Virus record (IMG/VR): IMGVR_UViG_3300031649_000001
Location: 1 to 64,000 of that record
Length of the DNA: 64,000 nucleotides
Direction: 5' to 3' (one strand)
DNA from: a virus
Shown one piece after another: positions 29,058 to 38,450 of this stretch (positions are counted from its first letter, which is position 1; each line of letters opens with the position of its first letter). Under the pieces are notes generated by a model. It was not told the DNA's origin. It made no database searches and saw only the letters and a program-made list of their open reading frames with translations. A program made the position numbers and the translations under genes.

Positions 29058-29666
29058 ATGCCCACCCCGCGCGAGCCCATCACGCTCGCCGAAGACGGCC
29101 GCGACCTCTGGGACCGCCAGACCGGAGAGAGCGCCAAACGCTGGGGCCAGTTCACCGTCTACCGGGACCTCGGCCGCACCCGCACGTTGAAGCGGGTCGC
29201 GGAAAGGTTGAACATCACCCACCGGACCGCACAGCAGTACAGCCACACCTTCCGGTGGGGTACGCGGGCCGAGGCGTTCGACCGGCACATGGACGAGCAG
29301 TGGGTCGCGGCGATCAAGGAACGCCAGCGGCGGATGGTCCAGGACCACCTGAAGCTGGCCGCGACGTTCCACGAGAAGGCCACCGAGGCGATCACCGCGC
29401 TGGTGGGCCAGAACCTGAACGCGACGGAGACCGTGCGGGTGGCCGACGCCTACAGCAAGCTGATCCGCTTCGCCCTGGGGGAGCCGGACCAGAACGTGGG
29501 CATCGTCGGGCGCGCCGGTGGGCCGGTCCGCTTCAGCCACGTCCCCGCCGACGAGAACGCGCTCCGCGCGGAGCTCGACGAGGCGATCATGCACCTGGCC
29601 CGCAAGCACGCCACCAGCGGGCAGGTGGACCCCTACGACGTACTCGACCTCCCGGAGCAGTCATGA
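29058..29666 (+). CDS. probable terminase small subunit
   Basis: WDRQTGES...F..YRDLG..RTL..VA...W..RAEAFD HTH family; upstream of terL. Confidence 0.7.
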   Translation: MPTPREPITLAEDGRDLWDRQTGESAKRWGQFTVYRDLGRTRTLKRVAERLNITHRTAQQYSHTFRWGTRAEAFDRHMDEQWVAAIKERQRRMVQDHLKLAATFHEKATEAITALVGQNLNATETVRVADAYSKLIRFALGEPDQNVGIVGRAGGPVRFSHVPADENALRAELDEAIMHLARKHATSGQVDPYDVLDLPEQS

Positions 29667-29699
29667 GCGCTCCGGCCACACCAGAAGAGGAGACCCCCC

Positions 29700-29939
29700 A
29701 TGTGGGAGCTGACCGTCAACCTGCGCGACTCCGCCGACGCCACGGCGTTCATGACCGGGATCGACGACCGCCCCGAGGCCGAGACCCCCGGCGTCCGCAT
29801 CACCAAGTACCCGGACGACCGCCAGGCCGTGGCACGGTCGGCGGACCGTACGCCGCTGGCCGCCCTGGCCACGTGGGCGATCACCTTCCCGTCCGCGCGG
29901 CTGGCCCTCTCCGACGACAGCGCCTCCCAGGAGGGCTGA
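29700..29939 (+). CDS. hypothetical protein
   Basis: GAGGAG RBS; weakly similar to the next gene (W.L.V...LAALA). Confidence 0.55.
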   Translation: MWELTVNLRDSADATAFMTGIDDRPEAETPGVRITKYPDDRQAVARSADRTPLAALATWAITFPSARLALSDDSASQEG

Positions 29940-30029
29940 CCGGCCGCCCGGCCGCCCGCCCGCCCGGACGGCCGGGCGCACGCGGCGTGCGTGCGCTAAT
30001 CTCGTGTCTCCCCGACCCGAAGGAGACGC

Positions 30030-30338
30030 ATGACCTGGCAACTGCACGTCCGCTTCCAGGAGATGGAGCTTCGCGACGCCTACTGGGATCAGGTGACCGC
30101 CATGCCCCAGCTCGCCCCGCTGCTGGAGTCCGTCAACCTGCGCACCCGCCTGTACCTGGCGCGGCCGGTGGCCGTGCTGGAGTGCGAAGCCCGCGACACG
30201 CTGGCGGCCCTGGCCCGGTACACGCTGGACTTCTGGTCATCCGCGCAGATCAGCCTCCACCAGGGCGGCCGGGGCATCGCGAGCCTGGACGAGGGCGCGG
30301 AGGTCTACCTGGAGACGGCCCCGGGCCCGGAGGGCTGA
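30030..30338 (+). CDS. hypothetical protein
   Basis: AAGGAG RBS; preceded by TAATCTCGTGTCTC, a -10/operator arm. Confidence 0.65.
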   Translation: MTWQLHVRFQEMELRDAYWDQVTAMPQLAPLLESVNLRTRLYLARPVAVLECEARDTLAALARYTLDFWSSAQISLHQGGRGIASLDEGAEVYLETAPGPEG

Positions 30339-30356
30339 GCCAGCCTCCTGCGCAGT

Positions 30357-30389
30357 GGCGGGTCCGCCGCACCTCAGGGCGGACCCGCC
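30357..30389. terminator. bidirectional hairpin between convergent genes
   Basis: 12-bp stem GGCGGGTCCGCC/GGCGGACCCGCC. Confidence 0.6.
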
Positions 30390-30403
30390 GGTCTGACGGG
30401 CTG

Positions 30404-30601
30404 CTACTCGTCCTCGTCGGGGATGGGCAGGGCCGTGCCCACCGCCTCGCCCGGGTCGCGGCCCTCGCTGACTGCCTTCTCCGTGAGGCCCATCGAGACC
30501 ATCTGCTGCTTCTCGGCGGGCGTCACCGCCCCGTTCGCCGCCGAGTCGCGTTCCTGCCTGCCGACGGCCGCCTGGACGGTGGGCTTGCTGTTGCGCCCCA
30601 T
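30404..30601 (-). CDS. small hypothetical protein
   Basis: GAGGGG RBS with ATG; GC3 bias. Confidence 0.55.
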   Translation of the reverse strand: MGRNSKPTVQAAVGRQERDSAANGAVTPAEKQQMVSMGLTEKAVSEGRDPGEAVGTALPIPDEDE

Positions 30602-30722
30602 GTGCGCCCCCTCTGTGTGAGTGATGCGGTCGGCACGCACCGTAGCCGGACGGGCATGTGCGGGTCAAGACACGAGATTTGCGCACGCGCCACACGTGCG
30701 CACTGCGTGTGTGGGGTGATCC

Positions 30723-32300
30723 GTGTCCACAACGTTCGCTGACCTCACCTCGGCGGACACCCGCGCCGAGGCGCGCCGCCTGGCCGCCCTGAGCAACCCG
30801 GCCACCATGGGCCGCTACCTGGACCCGCCCGGCTTCCAGGCCCGCACCCACACCCGCCTCATCGGCGGGGAACTCACCCACCTCGGCAAGGACTACGACC
30901 GGCTGCTCCTCACCACACCCCCCCAGGTGGGCAAGAGCACGCTGGTATCCGAGCTGTTGCCGTTCTGGTGGCTCACCCGCCACCCCACCAGCCGCAACGC
31001 CATCGCCTCCTACGCCGCCTCCCTCGCGATCAAGAAGTCCCGCGCGGTCCGCCGTCACGTGGTGGAGCGCGGCGCCCAGTACGGGCTCCAGCTCCAGCGC
31101 GGTGAGTCCAACGTCTACGACTGGTCCGTCACCGGCGGCGGAGGCGTCCGCGCGACCGGCGTCGGCGGCTCCCTGACGGGCTTCCCCATCACCGGCGTCG
31201 GCATCGTGGACGACCCGCACAAGGACCGCCGCGACGCCGACAGCCTGCGGATGCGCAACCACGTCTGGGAGTGGTGGAGCAGCGTCTTCCTGTCGCGTCT
31301 GCGGCCGGGCGTGCCCGTGGTCCTGGTGATGACCCGCTGGCACGAAGACGACCTGGCCGGGCGCGTGCTCAAGCACGAAGGCACCACCGACAAGGGCGGC
31401 CGGTGGCGCGTGATCCACCTCCCGGCCATCGCCGCCCACGCGGATGACCCCCTCGGGCGCCAGCCGGGCGAACCCCTCACCCACCCCGCCCTCCTGGACG
31501 ACGACCTCACCGCCCTGTCCGCACACTGGGCCGACAAGCGCTCCACGTCCACGCCGCGCGACTGGGGAGCCCTCTACCAGGGCGACCCCCAGCCGTCCGA
31601 GGGCGCGCTCATCAGCCGCGAACAGCTCGCCGCCCAGCGCCGCCTCCACGACCCTCGCGTGCCCGCCCGCGAGCGGACCGCCGTCGCGGTCGACCCGTCC
31701 GGCGGCGGCCGGGACGTCGCCGGGATCATCGGCGGGTTCCGGGGCACCGACCAGCGGCTCTACATCACCCACGACCGCTCCCGCCCGTGCTCGTCGGCGC
31801 AGTGGTCGCGCCGCGCGTGCCTCCTCGCCTTCGAGATCGGCGCGACGGTCATCTACGTGGAGAAGAACTACGGCGGCGACATGGTCAACCTGGCCATCGC
31901 CACCGCGTGGGACGCCCTCAAGCGGGAGGGCGCCATCCCCAAGGACGCCCTCAAGCCGTACATCCAGCTCGTCAACGCCAAGACCGGCAAGTACCTGCGG
32001 GCGGAGCCGATCGCCCAGCAGTGGATCGAGGACTGGATCCGCACCACGGCGTACCTGCCGGAGATGGAGGAGGAGTGGGCGACCTGGCAGCCGGACCACA
32101 CCGACTCCCCGGGCCGCATCGACGCCTCCACCTACCTGGCGTACGGGCTGCTCAAGGTGCCCGGCGCCAGCCAGCACATCGGCAACGCGAGCCAGGTCAG
32201 CATCGCCCAGGCCGCGCAGCAGGCCGGACAGGGCGGCGGGTTCGGGTCGATTCCGCTGGGACGGTCGGGGCCGGGGCTCCCGCCGGGGGGCGGCCGGTGA
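30723..32300 (+). CDS. terL: terminase large subunit
   Basis: Walker A PPQVGKST, Walker B IVDDP, MTRWHEDDLAG, nuclease VAVDPS...EKNYGG...SPGRIDA. Confidence 0.92.
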   Translation: MSTTFADLTSADTRAEARRLAALSNPATMGRYLDPPGFQARTHTRLIGGELTHLGKDYDRLLLTTPPQVGKSTLVSELLPFWWLTRHPTSRNAIASYAASLAIKKSRAVRRHVVERGAQYGLQLQRGESNVYDWSVTGGGGVRATGVGGSLTGFPITGVGIVDDPHKDRRDADSLRMRNHVWEWWSSVFLSRLRPGVPVVLVMTRWHEDDLAGRVLKHEGTTDKGGRWRVIHLPAIAAHADDPLGRQPGEPLTHPALLDDDLTALSAHWADKRSTSTPRDWGALYQGDPQPSEGALISREQLAAQRRLHDPRVPARERTAVAVDPSGGGRDVAGIIGGFRGTDQRLYITHDRSRPCSSAQWSRRACLLAFEIGATVIYVEKNYGGDMVNLAIATAWDALKREGAIPKDALKPYIQLVNAKTGKYLRAEPIAQQWIEDWIRTTAYLPEMEEEWATWQPDHTDSPGRIDASTYLAYGLLKVPGASQHIGNASQVSIAQAAQQAGQGGGFGSIPLGRSGPGLPPGGGR

Positions 32301-32873
32301 ACTTACGGCAATGGGTAATCACACGCCGTGCACGTGTGCTAACTTCGTGTCTGCGGTGCACGGGACGGGCACGCTACCTCCCCAAGGACAGCCGACCCCC
32401 GCCCCGCGCACCGGCTCCGCCTTCCCTTTCTTCGACGAGCGGGGGACAGGCGGGGCGCGCGGTTCCCCTGCTGTCCCGACGGCCAGAGCGGGTGGGGTAC
32501 GGCGTCGGAGTTGGTGTCGATCAGGTGAGACGGGCCGCCCCCTCGCGGGGGTGGCCCCACCGCCCCCCTCCGGATTCAGGCCGGGGAGGGGCGGCGGTCA
32601 GCACCCTGGCCCGCGCTGGGCGATCAGCCGAGCGTCCGCAACGCGCACGCCAGGATGGGCGCCCTAGGCGTCAGGACCCGCCCCGCCACGTGCCGGGCGG
32701 GTCCGCCCCTTTCCGGGTGCGTTGATCCGCGCAGATGGACACGCGTGAGCGGCCGGAAGCGGAGCGTGATCATCCAATGCCGGTGGCACGTGCACGCTTC
32801 ACGCAGGAAACCCACACAGGTGATTGCGACAAACGGGTGCGCTCCGTGTGCAGTCGGTAGCTAATGTGACTGG

Positions 32874-33116
32874 ATGGACAGCGACTTCTTGCCAACGTTG
32901 ACCCCTGTTCAAGCGCGCGAATCCCTGCTCTGCCGGGAGGCTGAGCTGCGCACCCTCGCCAAGGATCTCCATCCCGGCGGCCACTTCGAGGCGCGGTGCC
33001 TCGTCCGGGAAGCGGCGGACAAGCTCCTGGAGGCCGGACGGACTCTGGCCGCTGAACCGGCCGCCCGCCCGGCCGCCCGGCCAGCCTCCCCGCCTGCACT
33101 GCGCATCGCGAACTAG
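32874..33116 (+). CDS. hypothetical protein
   Basis: Short ORF; weak support. Confidence 0.4.
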   Translation: MDSDFLPTLTPVQARESLLCREAELRTLAKDLHPGGHFEARCLVREAADKLLEAGRTLAAEPAARPAARPASPPALRIAN

Positions 33117-33126
33117 CCTCACGCGC

Positions 33127-33381
33127 ATGACCCAACCCCCCACCCCGGGGGCCGCCGCCAGCCGGGCGGCGGAACCCGACCGCTACCTCTGTCCCGAGCG
33201 GGCATGCAAGAGGTGGCCCGCCGAGCACATGCGTACCGGCCTGCTCGCCCGCCACCGGGCGCCCGGCGGCGATGCGTTCACGCTGTGCCCCGGCTCGCTC
33301 CACCCCGTCAAGGGACTCCAGAGACAGGCCGCCCGCCCCGCCGTCACCAGCCCGTACACCCAGCCCACGCTGTTCGGTTAA
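33127..33381 (+). CDS. small zinc-binding hypothetical protein
   Basis: CPERAC...RH...CPGS. Confidence 0.5.
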   Translation: MTQPPTPGAAASRAAEPDRYLCPERACKRWPAEHMRTGLLARHRAPGGDAFTLCPGSLHPVKGLQRQAARPAVTSPYTQPTLFG

Positions 33382-33422
33382 GGGCTCAACTCTCCATCCA
33401 GAAGCGCAGGTACGCTCCGCAT

Positions 33423-34088
33423 ATGACCGAGCCAACGACACCCACCGACACCCCGGTCCAGGTCTCCATCAGCGACGAGGTGATGCGTCAGATCCGGCAC
33501 ATGCCGGAGTCCGCTATCGACGGTCTGGCCTCTGCGATCGGCCAGCTCCTCGAAGACCCCACCGGCCCCGGCACGCTGCCCCTGGTCCCGGTCCCCGTGG
33601 ATCACACCCACGGCCGCACCCGGACCTACGTCCCCGCCACCCGCGCCGCCAGCTACCTGCGGGCCGCCGTGGCGGAGATCAGTCCGGAGACCGTGACGCA
33701 CTTCGACGCCGAGCTCCAGCAGATGACCCGCTTCACCGAGGAGCACGGCCGCGACGGGCAGATCCGGGGCCTGCGCATGTTCACCACCCGCTGGGTGGAG
33801 TACATCGCCATCCAGGGCAACCACGCCCTGGCCCGCCACATCAACTCCTCCACCAGCGGCGAGGAGCTGGCGGAGCGCTTCGGCCTGGCGATGGCCGAGG
33901 CGCACGCCGTGCACTTCCCCGACGCCGGGCGTGAGCCGGGCACCGAGCTGGGCGTGCAGACGCACGAGCGGCCGGGCCGGGGGTACATGGCGGTCTGCCC
34001 CGTGACCATGCTCAGGGCCGAGGGCCGCACCGAGGAGGAAGCCCAGGCGCGCCTGCGCGGGCAGCTCCTGGAGTGGATCACCGGCTAG
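33423..34088 (+). CDS. composite protein with RelE-like fragment, DUF6247-like and HicB-like parts
   Basis: VSISDEVMRQIRHMP...LLEDP; LRAAVAEISP...FDAE...F..RW; GYMAVCP...AEGRTEEEA. Confidence 0.55.
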   Translation: MTEPTTPTDTPVQVSISDEVMRQIRHMPESAIDGLASAIGQLLEDPTGPGTLPLVPVPVDHTHGRTRTYVPATRAASYLRAAVAEISPETVTHFDAELQQMTRFTEEHGRDGQIRGLRMFTTRWVEYIAIQGNHALARHINSSTSGEELAERFGLAMAEAHAVHFPDAGREPGTELGVQTHERPGRGYMAVCPVTMLRAEGRTEEEAQARLRGQLLEWITG

Positions 34089-34309
34089 CAACCTGTCCGG
34101 GCCGCCGCGTCTCCTCGCGCCTTCTTGCCAGCCTGACCGGCCCGCCCGCTCCGCCCCGTCCCCGTGGCTGCCCCCGACCCCACCGGCCGCCAGCCCCGCC
34201 GGACGGCGCTCCACCGCTACGGTGCTGTGATGGAGACCAAGCCACTCATGACCTCCCATACAGAACGATCCACGCAGATCAGCCCGTGTCGGCCGGGGAG
34301 GTGTCTCCG

Positions 34310-34948
34310 GTGACCCTCATCCACGCGGATCAGGACGACGACATCGACATCGTCCACCGCCAGATGCCCGTGAACGCCGACGGCCAGGCCACCGGCGCCA
34401 CCATCGTCACCCACGCCTCCGGCCTCCACGAACTCTGGGCGTACTACGCTTCCTGCTGCTGCTGCACCACCCGCGAGCCCTTCTTCAGCCCCGCCGACCG
34501 GGACGCCTGGGCCGAGGTGCACCGCGCCGACCATCCCACCCACGCCATGCAGCTGACGACCGAGCCCTGGGACTTCCGCACGCCGCCCTGGGTCGCCGCC
34601 GACGGACTGCCCCTGACCCCGCCCCGGAGCCTGATCACCATGACCTCAGCCCCCCCGCCGGACCCCTTCAAGGACTTCCCGCCCGGCTTCCCCCGCCCCG
34701 ACTGGGACGACGACACCCTGCTGAGGGTGATGGAGCGCCGCACCCAGCTCCGGGACGGCTGCCCCAAGCACTACGGCAACGCCAACACCCAGCTCACCTT
34801 CTACAAGGAGCTGTTCGTCAACGACCCGGACACCGGCACCCACGCGCCGACCATGGCCGTCTACGCGGACGGCTGCATGGTCAACTGGCGGATCGACGTG
34901 AAGGACGAGGAGCCCCGCTACGAGCAGGCCCCCCAGGGCTCCTACTGA
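34310..34948 (+). CDS. hypothetical protein
   Basis: GGGGAGG RBS with GTG; GC3 bias; CCCC run. Confidence 0.65.
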   Translation: MTLIHADQDDDIDIVHRQMPVNADGQATGATIVTHASGLHELWAYYASCCCCTTREPFFSPADRDAWAEVHRADHPTHAMQLTTEPWDFRTPPWVAADGLPLTPPRSLITMTSAPPPDPFKDFPPGFPRPDWDDDTLLRVMERRTQLRDGCPKHYGNANTQLTFYKELFVNDPDTGTHAPTMAVYADGCMVNWRIDVKDEEPRYEQAPQGSY

Positions 34949-35188
34949 CGAGGGCGGCCCGCCCCGGTGTGAGCGCCAGCAGCATGGATGACGTTGGCCG
35001 GGGCGGGCCGACACCGGACACGATAAACGCCCCCACCGACACCGTCCGCTAGCCTGGCCGGGCGGGATCAATCCTGGCGGTGCAGTTCCCGCCGTCAGCG
35101 GGTCGCGTTGTGCGGTCCCCCCTGACGGCCGGTTCATCACCGCAGGGGGGCCGGAACACTGCCCGGTGTCCTGCCCCAGGGCTGAGGC

Positions 35189-35662
35189 CTACACGGTTCC
35201 CTGGAGGCGCCACACGGCCATGCCCTGGGGCTCGCGCCCGGCGGGGGTGGCGTGCCGGAAGTAGACCCAGGCCCGCGCCCCCGAGTGCGCGTGGACGGTC
35301 AGCCCGTGGAGGATGCCGTGGCGGCCGGGCGGCCGGTTCTGGAACAGCCTCACCGACTCGATCCACGGGGACTGGTGGCCGGTGAGGCACCAGCCCAGCC
35401 ACCGCTCCACGGCCGCCAGTTCCGTCGGCCCCTGTGCGGGCAGCTCCACCGGCGCCATGGGGGGTACGGCCGGGCCGTCGGGCGGCCGGTGGGCGGCGGA
35501 GGGGTCCGTCACCGTCTGGAGGTAGATGCGCGCGCCGGTGGGCAGCGTCAGCTCCACCCCGGCGGGCAGCGGGTAGCCGCTCTCGGCGAAGGTCCGCGCG
35601 CGGCCCTGGCCGTACACGCGGATCACCCGCAGCAGCTCATCGGCCCACTCGGTGGCGATCAC
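35189..35662 (-). CDS. hypothetical protein
   Basis: GC3-biased ORF on the minus strand. Confidence 0.55.
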   Translation of the reverse strand: MIATEWADELLRVIRVYGQGRARTFAESGYPLPAGVELTLPTGARIYLQTVTDPSAAHRPPDGPAVPPMAPVELPAQGPTELAAVERWLGWCLTGHQSPWIESVRLFQNRPPGRHGILHGLTVHAHSGARAWVYFRHATPAGREPQGMAVWRLQGTV

Positions 35663-35806
35663 TTACGGAAAGTTACGACCCGCCACTGACAGGCCGCCCG
35701 CCCGGCCGGGCGGCCGGATGTTGTCTGCGCAGGTCAGTGCACCCATTCCGGAGGGCGATCACCCGCTTACGCGACAGTCCGTGAGCGCATCGTTACTCTG
35801 TGGAGC

Positions 35807-36310
35807 GTGGTATGGCTCTCCGTGTTCATCTCCTTCCTCACGCTCCTCGCTACATGCCGGGTCACCCGGCTCGTCACCGAGGACACCATCAGCAAGCCGT
35901 TCAGGGACTGGCTCCATATGAAGGCGCAACCCCGACATGCCCGCCCGCCCGGCCGGGCGGGCGGCCGGGCGGCCGGTAAGCGCATGTACGGCTACCAGCC
36001 CCCCGACCCCGACGCCCCCCAGCCCCTGCGCCCGGCCCCCCGCCTGTGGCGCTACGCCTCAAAGCTCGTCACCTGCCCGTGGTGCGCCGGGTTCTGGGTC
36101 AGCCTCGCCCTCACCACCGCCTACTTCCGCCTCTGGCTCGGCCTCTGGCCCTCCACCGCCCCCCACGCCTTCGCCTTCTTCGTCTCCGTGTTCGCCCTCT
36201 CCTGGGTGTCCGCCCTCCTCGCCGACTGGCTCGACGCCCCCGCCCCGCCCAAGGAACAGGTCCACTCCGGCCACGTGCACGTGAACGTCACGCAGTCGCC
36301 CACCCCCTGA
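35807..36310 (+). CDS. DUF1360-like membrane protein
   Basis: R.TRLVTEDTI..PFR...LVTCPWCAGFWVS; precedes the portal. Confidence 0.7.
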   Translation: MVWLSVFISFLTLLATCRVTRLVTEDTISKPFRDWLHMKAQPRHARPPGRAGGRAAGKRMYGYQPPDPDAPQPLRPAPRLWRYASKLVTCPWCAGFWVSLALTTAYFRLWLGLWPSTAPHAFAFFVSVFALSWVSALLADWLDAPAPPKEQVHSGHVHVNVTQSPTP

Positions 36311-36332
36311 CCGAAGAGGAGGACCGCCGCCC

Positions 36333-38450
36333 ATGCCGCTCTGGAGCATCCACCGCCGCCCCAAGCACCTCATCCGCCGCAACCGCGCGGGCAAGGTCAC
36401 CGACTACCAGGTGGTCGGCTCCACCGTCATGGCGTCGGCCGCTCTCGTCAGCAAGGCCCAGGTCCGTACCGTCGTCGGCCGCAAGCAGGACTGGCAGCGC
36501 GACGCCTGGGACCTCTACGACACCGTCACCGAGCTGCGCTTCGGCGTCTCGTGGATCGCCAACGCCTGTAGCCGGGCGCGCCTGTACGTCGGGCAGATCG
36601 ACCCGGACGGCTCCAGCGAACCCGTCCCCCTGGACCTCGCCGAGGACGAGGAGACCGGCGCCGTAGACCTGGACGCCCAGCAGGCGGTCGCCGTCCTGGA
36701 TGAGCTGGGCGGCGGCCAGCTCGGGCAGGCGGAGATGCTGCGGCGCCTGTCCATCCACCTCAACGTCCCCGGCGAGAGCTACCTGATCGGCTTCGACGAC
36801 CCCGAGGACGAGGGCGCCGGGTTCGGGCAGGACGTCACCAACGTCGTGGTCGGCGACGACGGCGACCAGGGCCGCCGGTGGCTGGTGTGCTCGGCGGACG
36901 AGATCCAGTCCACCGGCTCCGGCATCAAGATCGTCAGCCCGGACATGCCCAACGAGTTCATCGAGGTGGACCCCGAGCAGTCCACCATCCTCCGCATCTG
37001 GCGCCCGCACCCCCGCCTCGGCTACAACGCCGACTCCCCCCTCCTCGCCCTGCGCCAGCCGCTCCGCGAACTCGTGGACCTGTCCGCCCACATCACCGCC
37101 AGCGCGGAGTCCCGCCTGGCGGGCGCCGGTGTCCTGTTCGTGCCGGACGAGCTGACGACCCCCAGCCCGGAGCAGTCCGAGGGCGCCAACCCGCTGCACC
37201 CGGATCCCTTCACGGCCTCCCTGATCGAGGCCATGGCCGCGCCGCTGAAGAACCGCGACAGTGCCAGCGCGGTGGTGCCGCTGGTGGTGCGGGGCCCGGC
37301 CGACAAGGGCAAGGAGCTCAAGCACCTCAGCTTCAGCACCAAGCTGGACGAGAACGTCCAGACCCTCCGTGACTCCGCCATCCGCCGCGTCGCTACTGGC
37401 ATGGACATGCCACCGGAGGTTTTGACCGGTCTGGGCGATACGAACCATTGGTCGGCCTGGCAAGTGGAGGAATCGGCCATCAAGCTACATATCGAGCCAT
37501 TGCTCGGCTTGATCTGCGACTCCCTCACCACCAACCTCCTGCGCCCGGCGCTCAAGGCGCTGGGGATCAAGGGCTGGCAGAAGTACGCCATCTGGTACGA
37601 CACCAGCGACCTCACCATGCGCCCCAACCGGGCACCCGAGGCCGACACCGCGTTCGCCAACCAGGTCATCTCCGACGCCGCCTACCTGCGGGAGCTGGGC
37701 TTCTCCGAGGAGGACGCCCCCGACGACGACGAGCGCGCCCGCCGCCTGATGGAACGCGTCTGCCTCACCAACGCCAACCTCGCCCCCTACCTGCTGCCGC
37801 GCCTGGGCATCCCGCTGCCGCCGGAGGCCATCGCCGCCGCCACCCCCCAAGGGACATCGGCGCCGCTCGGCAACCCGACCAACGTGAGCCGGATCGGCGG
37901 CTACCCGGGCACCCCCGGCCCGACCCCGGCCGGTGCGCCCGGCCGCCCGGCCGCCCGCCCGGCCGGGCTCCCGTCGGCCGGGGGACGCAACGGCCCGCCC
38001 CAGGCAGGCGCCTCCCGCCAGGGAGCCGTGACCCGCGACAGCCTGGAACGCGCCATGACCGCCAGCGCCCGGCCGCGCCTGGCCCTGGACAAGGCAGGCG
38101 ACTGGCGTACCCGCTGCCTGGACATGGCCGTCCGCCGCGCCCTGTCCCGGGCCGGACAGTTCCTCATCCGCGCCACCCCCCGCAACCAGCGCACATCCCT
38201 CCAGCAGCTCCCCCCCGAGGCCGTCCACCTCACCCTCCACGCCGACCCGGGCCAGCTCGACCAGATGCTCCAGAACGCCTACGTCGAGTTCCACGAGTCC
38301 ACCCCCGACGAGGCCTGCCTGCACCAGGCGGTCGACCACTACGTCCGCGCCCTCATCCTCGCCCGCGAGGAACACCAGACCGACTACCTGGACCGGGCCA
38401 TCGCCCAGTTCCAGTGCGACGGAGAGGGGGCCGTCCTTGCCCACGCCTGA
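36333..38450 (+). CDS. portal protein (cluster-B actinophage-like)
   Basis: WQRDAWDLYD.V.ELRF, L.VPGE.Y, SRL.GAGVLFVP and NHWSAWQ motifs; position between terL and MuF. Confidence 0.85.
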   Translation: MPLWSIHRRPKHLIRRNRAGKVTDYQVVGSTVMASAALVSKAQVRTVVGRKQDWQRDAWDLYDTVTELRFGVSWIANACSRARLYVGQIDPDGSSEPVPLDLAEDEETGAVDLDAQQAVAVLDELGGGQLGQAEMLRRLSIHLNVPGESYLIGFDDPEDEGAGFGQDVTNVVVGDDGDQGRRWLVCSADEIQSTGSGIKIVSPDMPNEFIEVDPEQSTILRIWRPHPRLGYNADSPLLALRQPLRELVDLSAHITASAESRLAGAGVLFVPDELTTPSPEQSEGANPLHPDPFTASLIEAMAAPLKNRDSASAVVPLVVRGPADKGKELKHLSFSTKLDENVQTLRDSAIRRVATGMDMPPEVLTGLGDTNHWSAWQVEESAIKLHIEPLLGLICDSLTTNLLRPALKALGIKGWQKYAIWYDTSDLTMRPNRAPEADTAFANQVISDAAYLRELGFSEEDAPDDDERARRLMERVCLTNANLAPYLLPRLGIPLPPEAIAAATPQGTSAPLGNPTNVSRIGGYPGTPGPTPAGAPGRPAARPAGLPSAGGRNGPPQAGASRQGAVTRDSLERAMTASARPRLALDKAGDWRTRCLDMAVRRALSRAGQFLIRATPRNQRTSLQQLPPEAVHLTLHADPGQLDQMLQNAYVEFHESTPDEACLHQAVDHYVRALILAREEHQTDYLDRAIAQFQCDGEGAVLAHA

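Noticed and set aside
32300-35190. tRNA genes in the structured intergenic regions
   Set aside because: No T-loop GTTCGA in a cloverleaf context was found by eye. The hairpins at ~34957-35155 are adequately explained as terminators between convergent genes.
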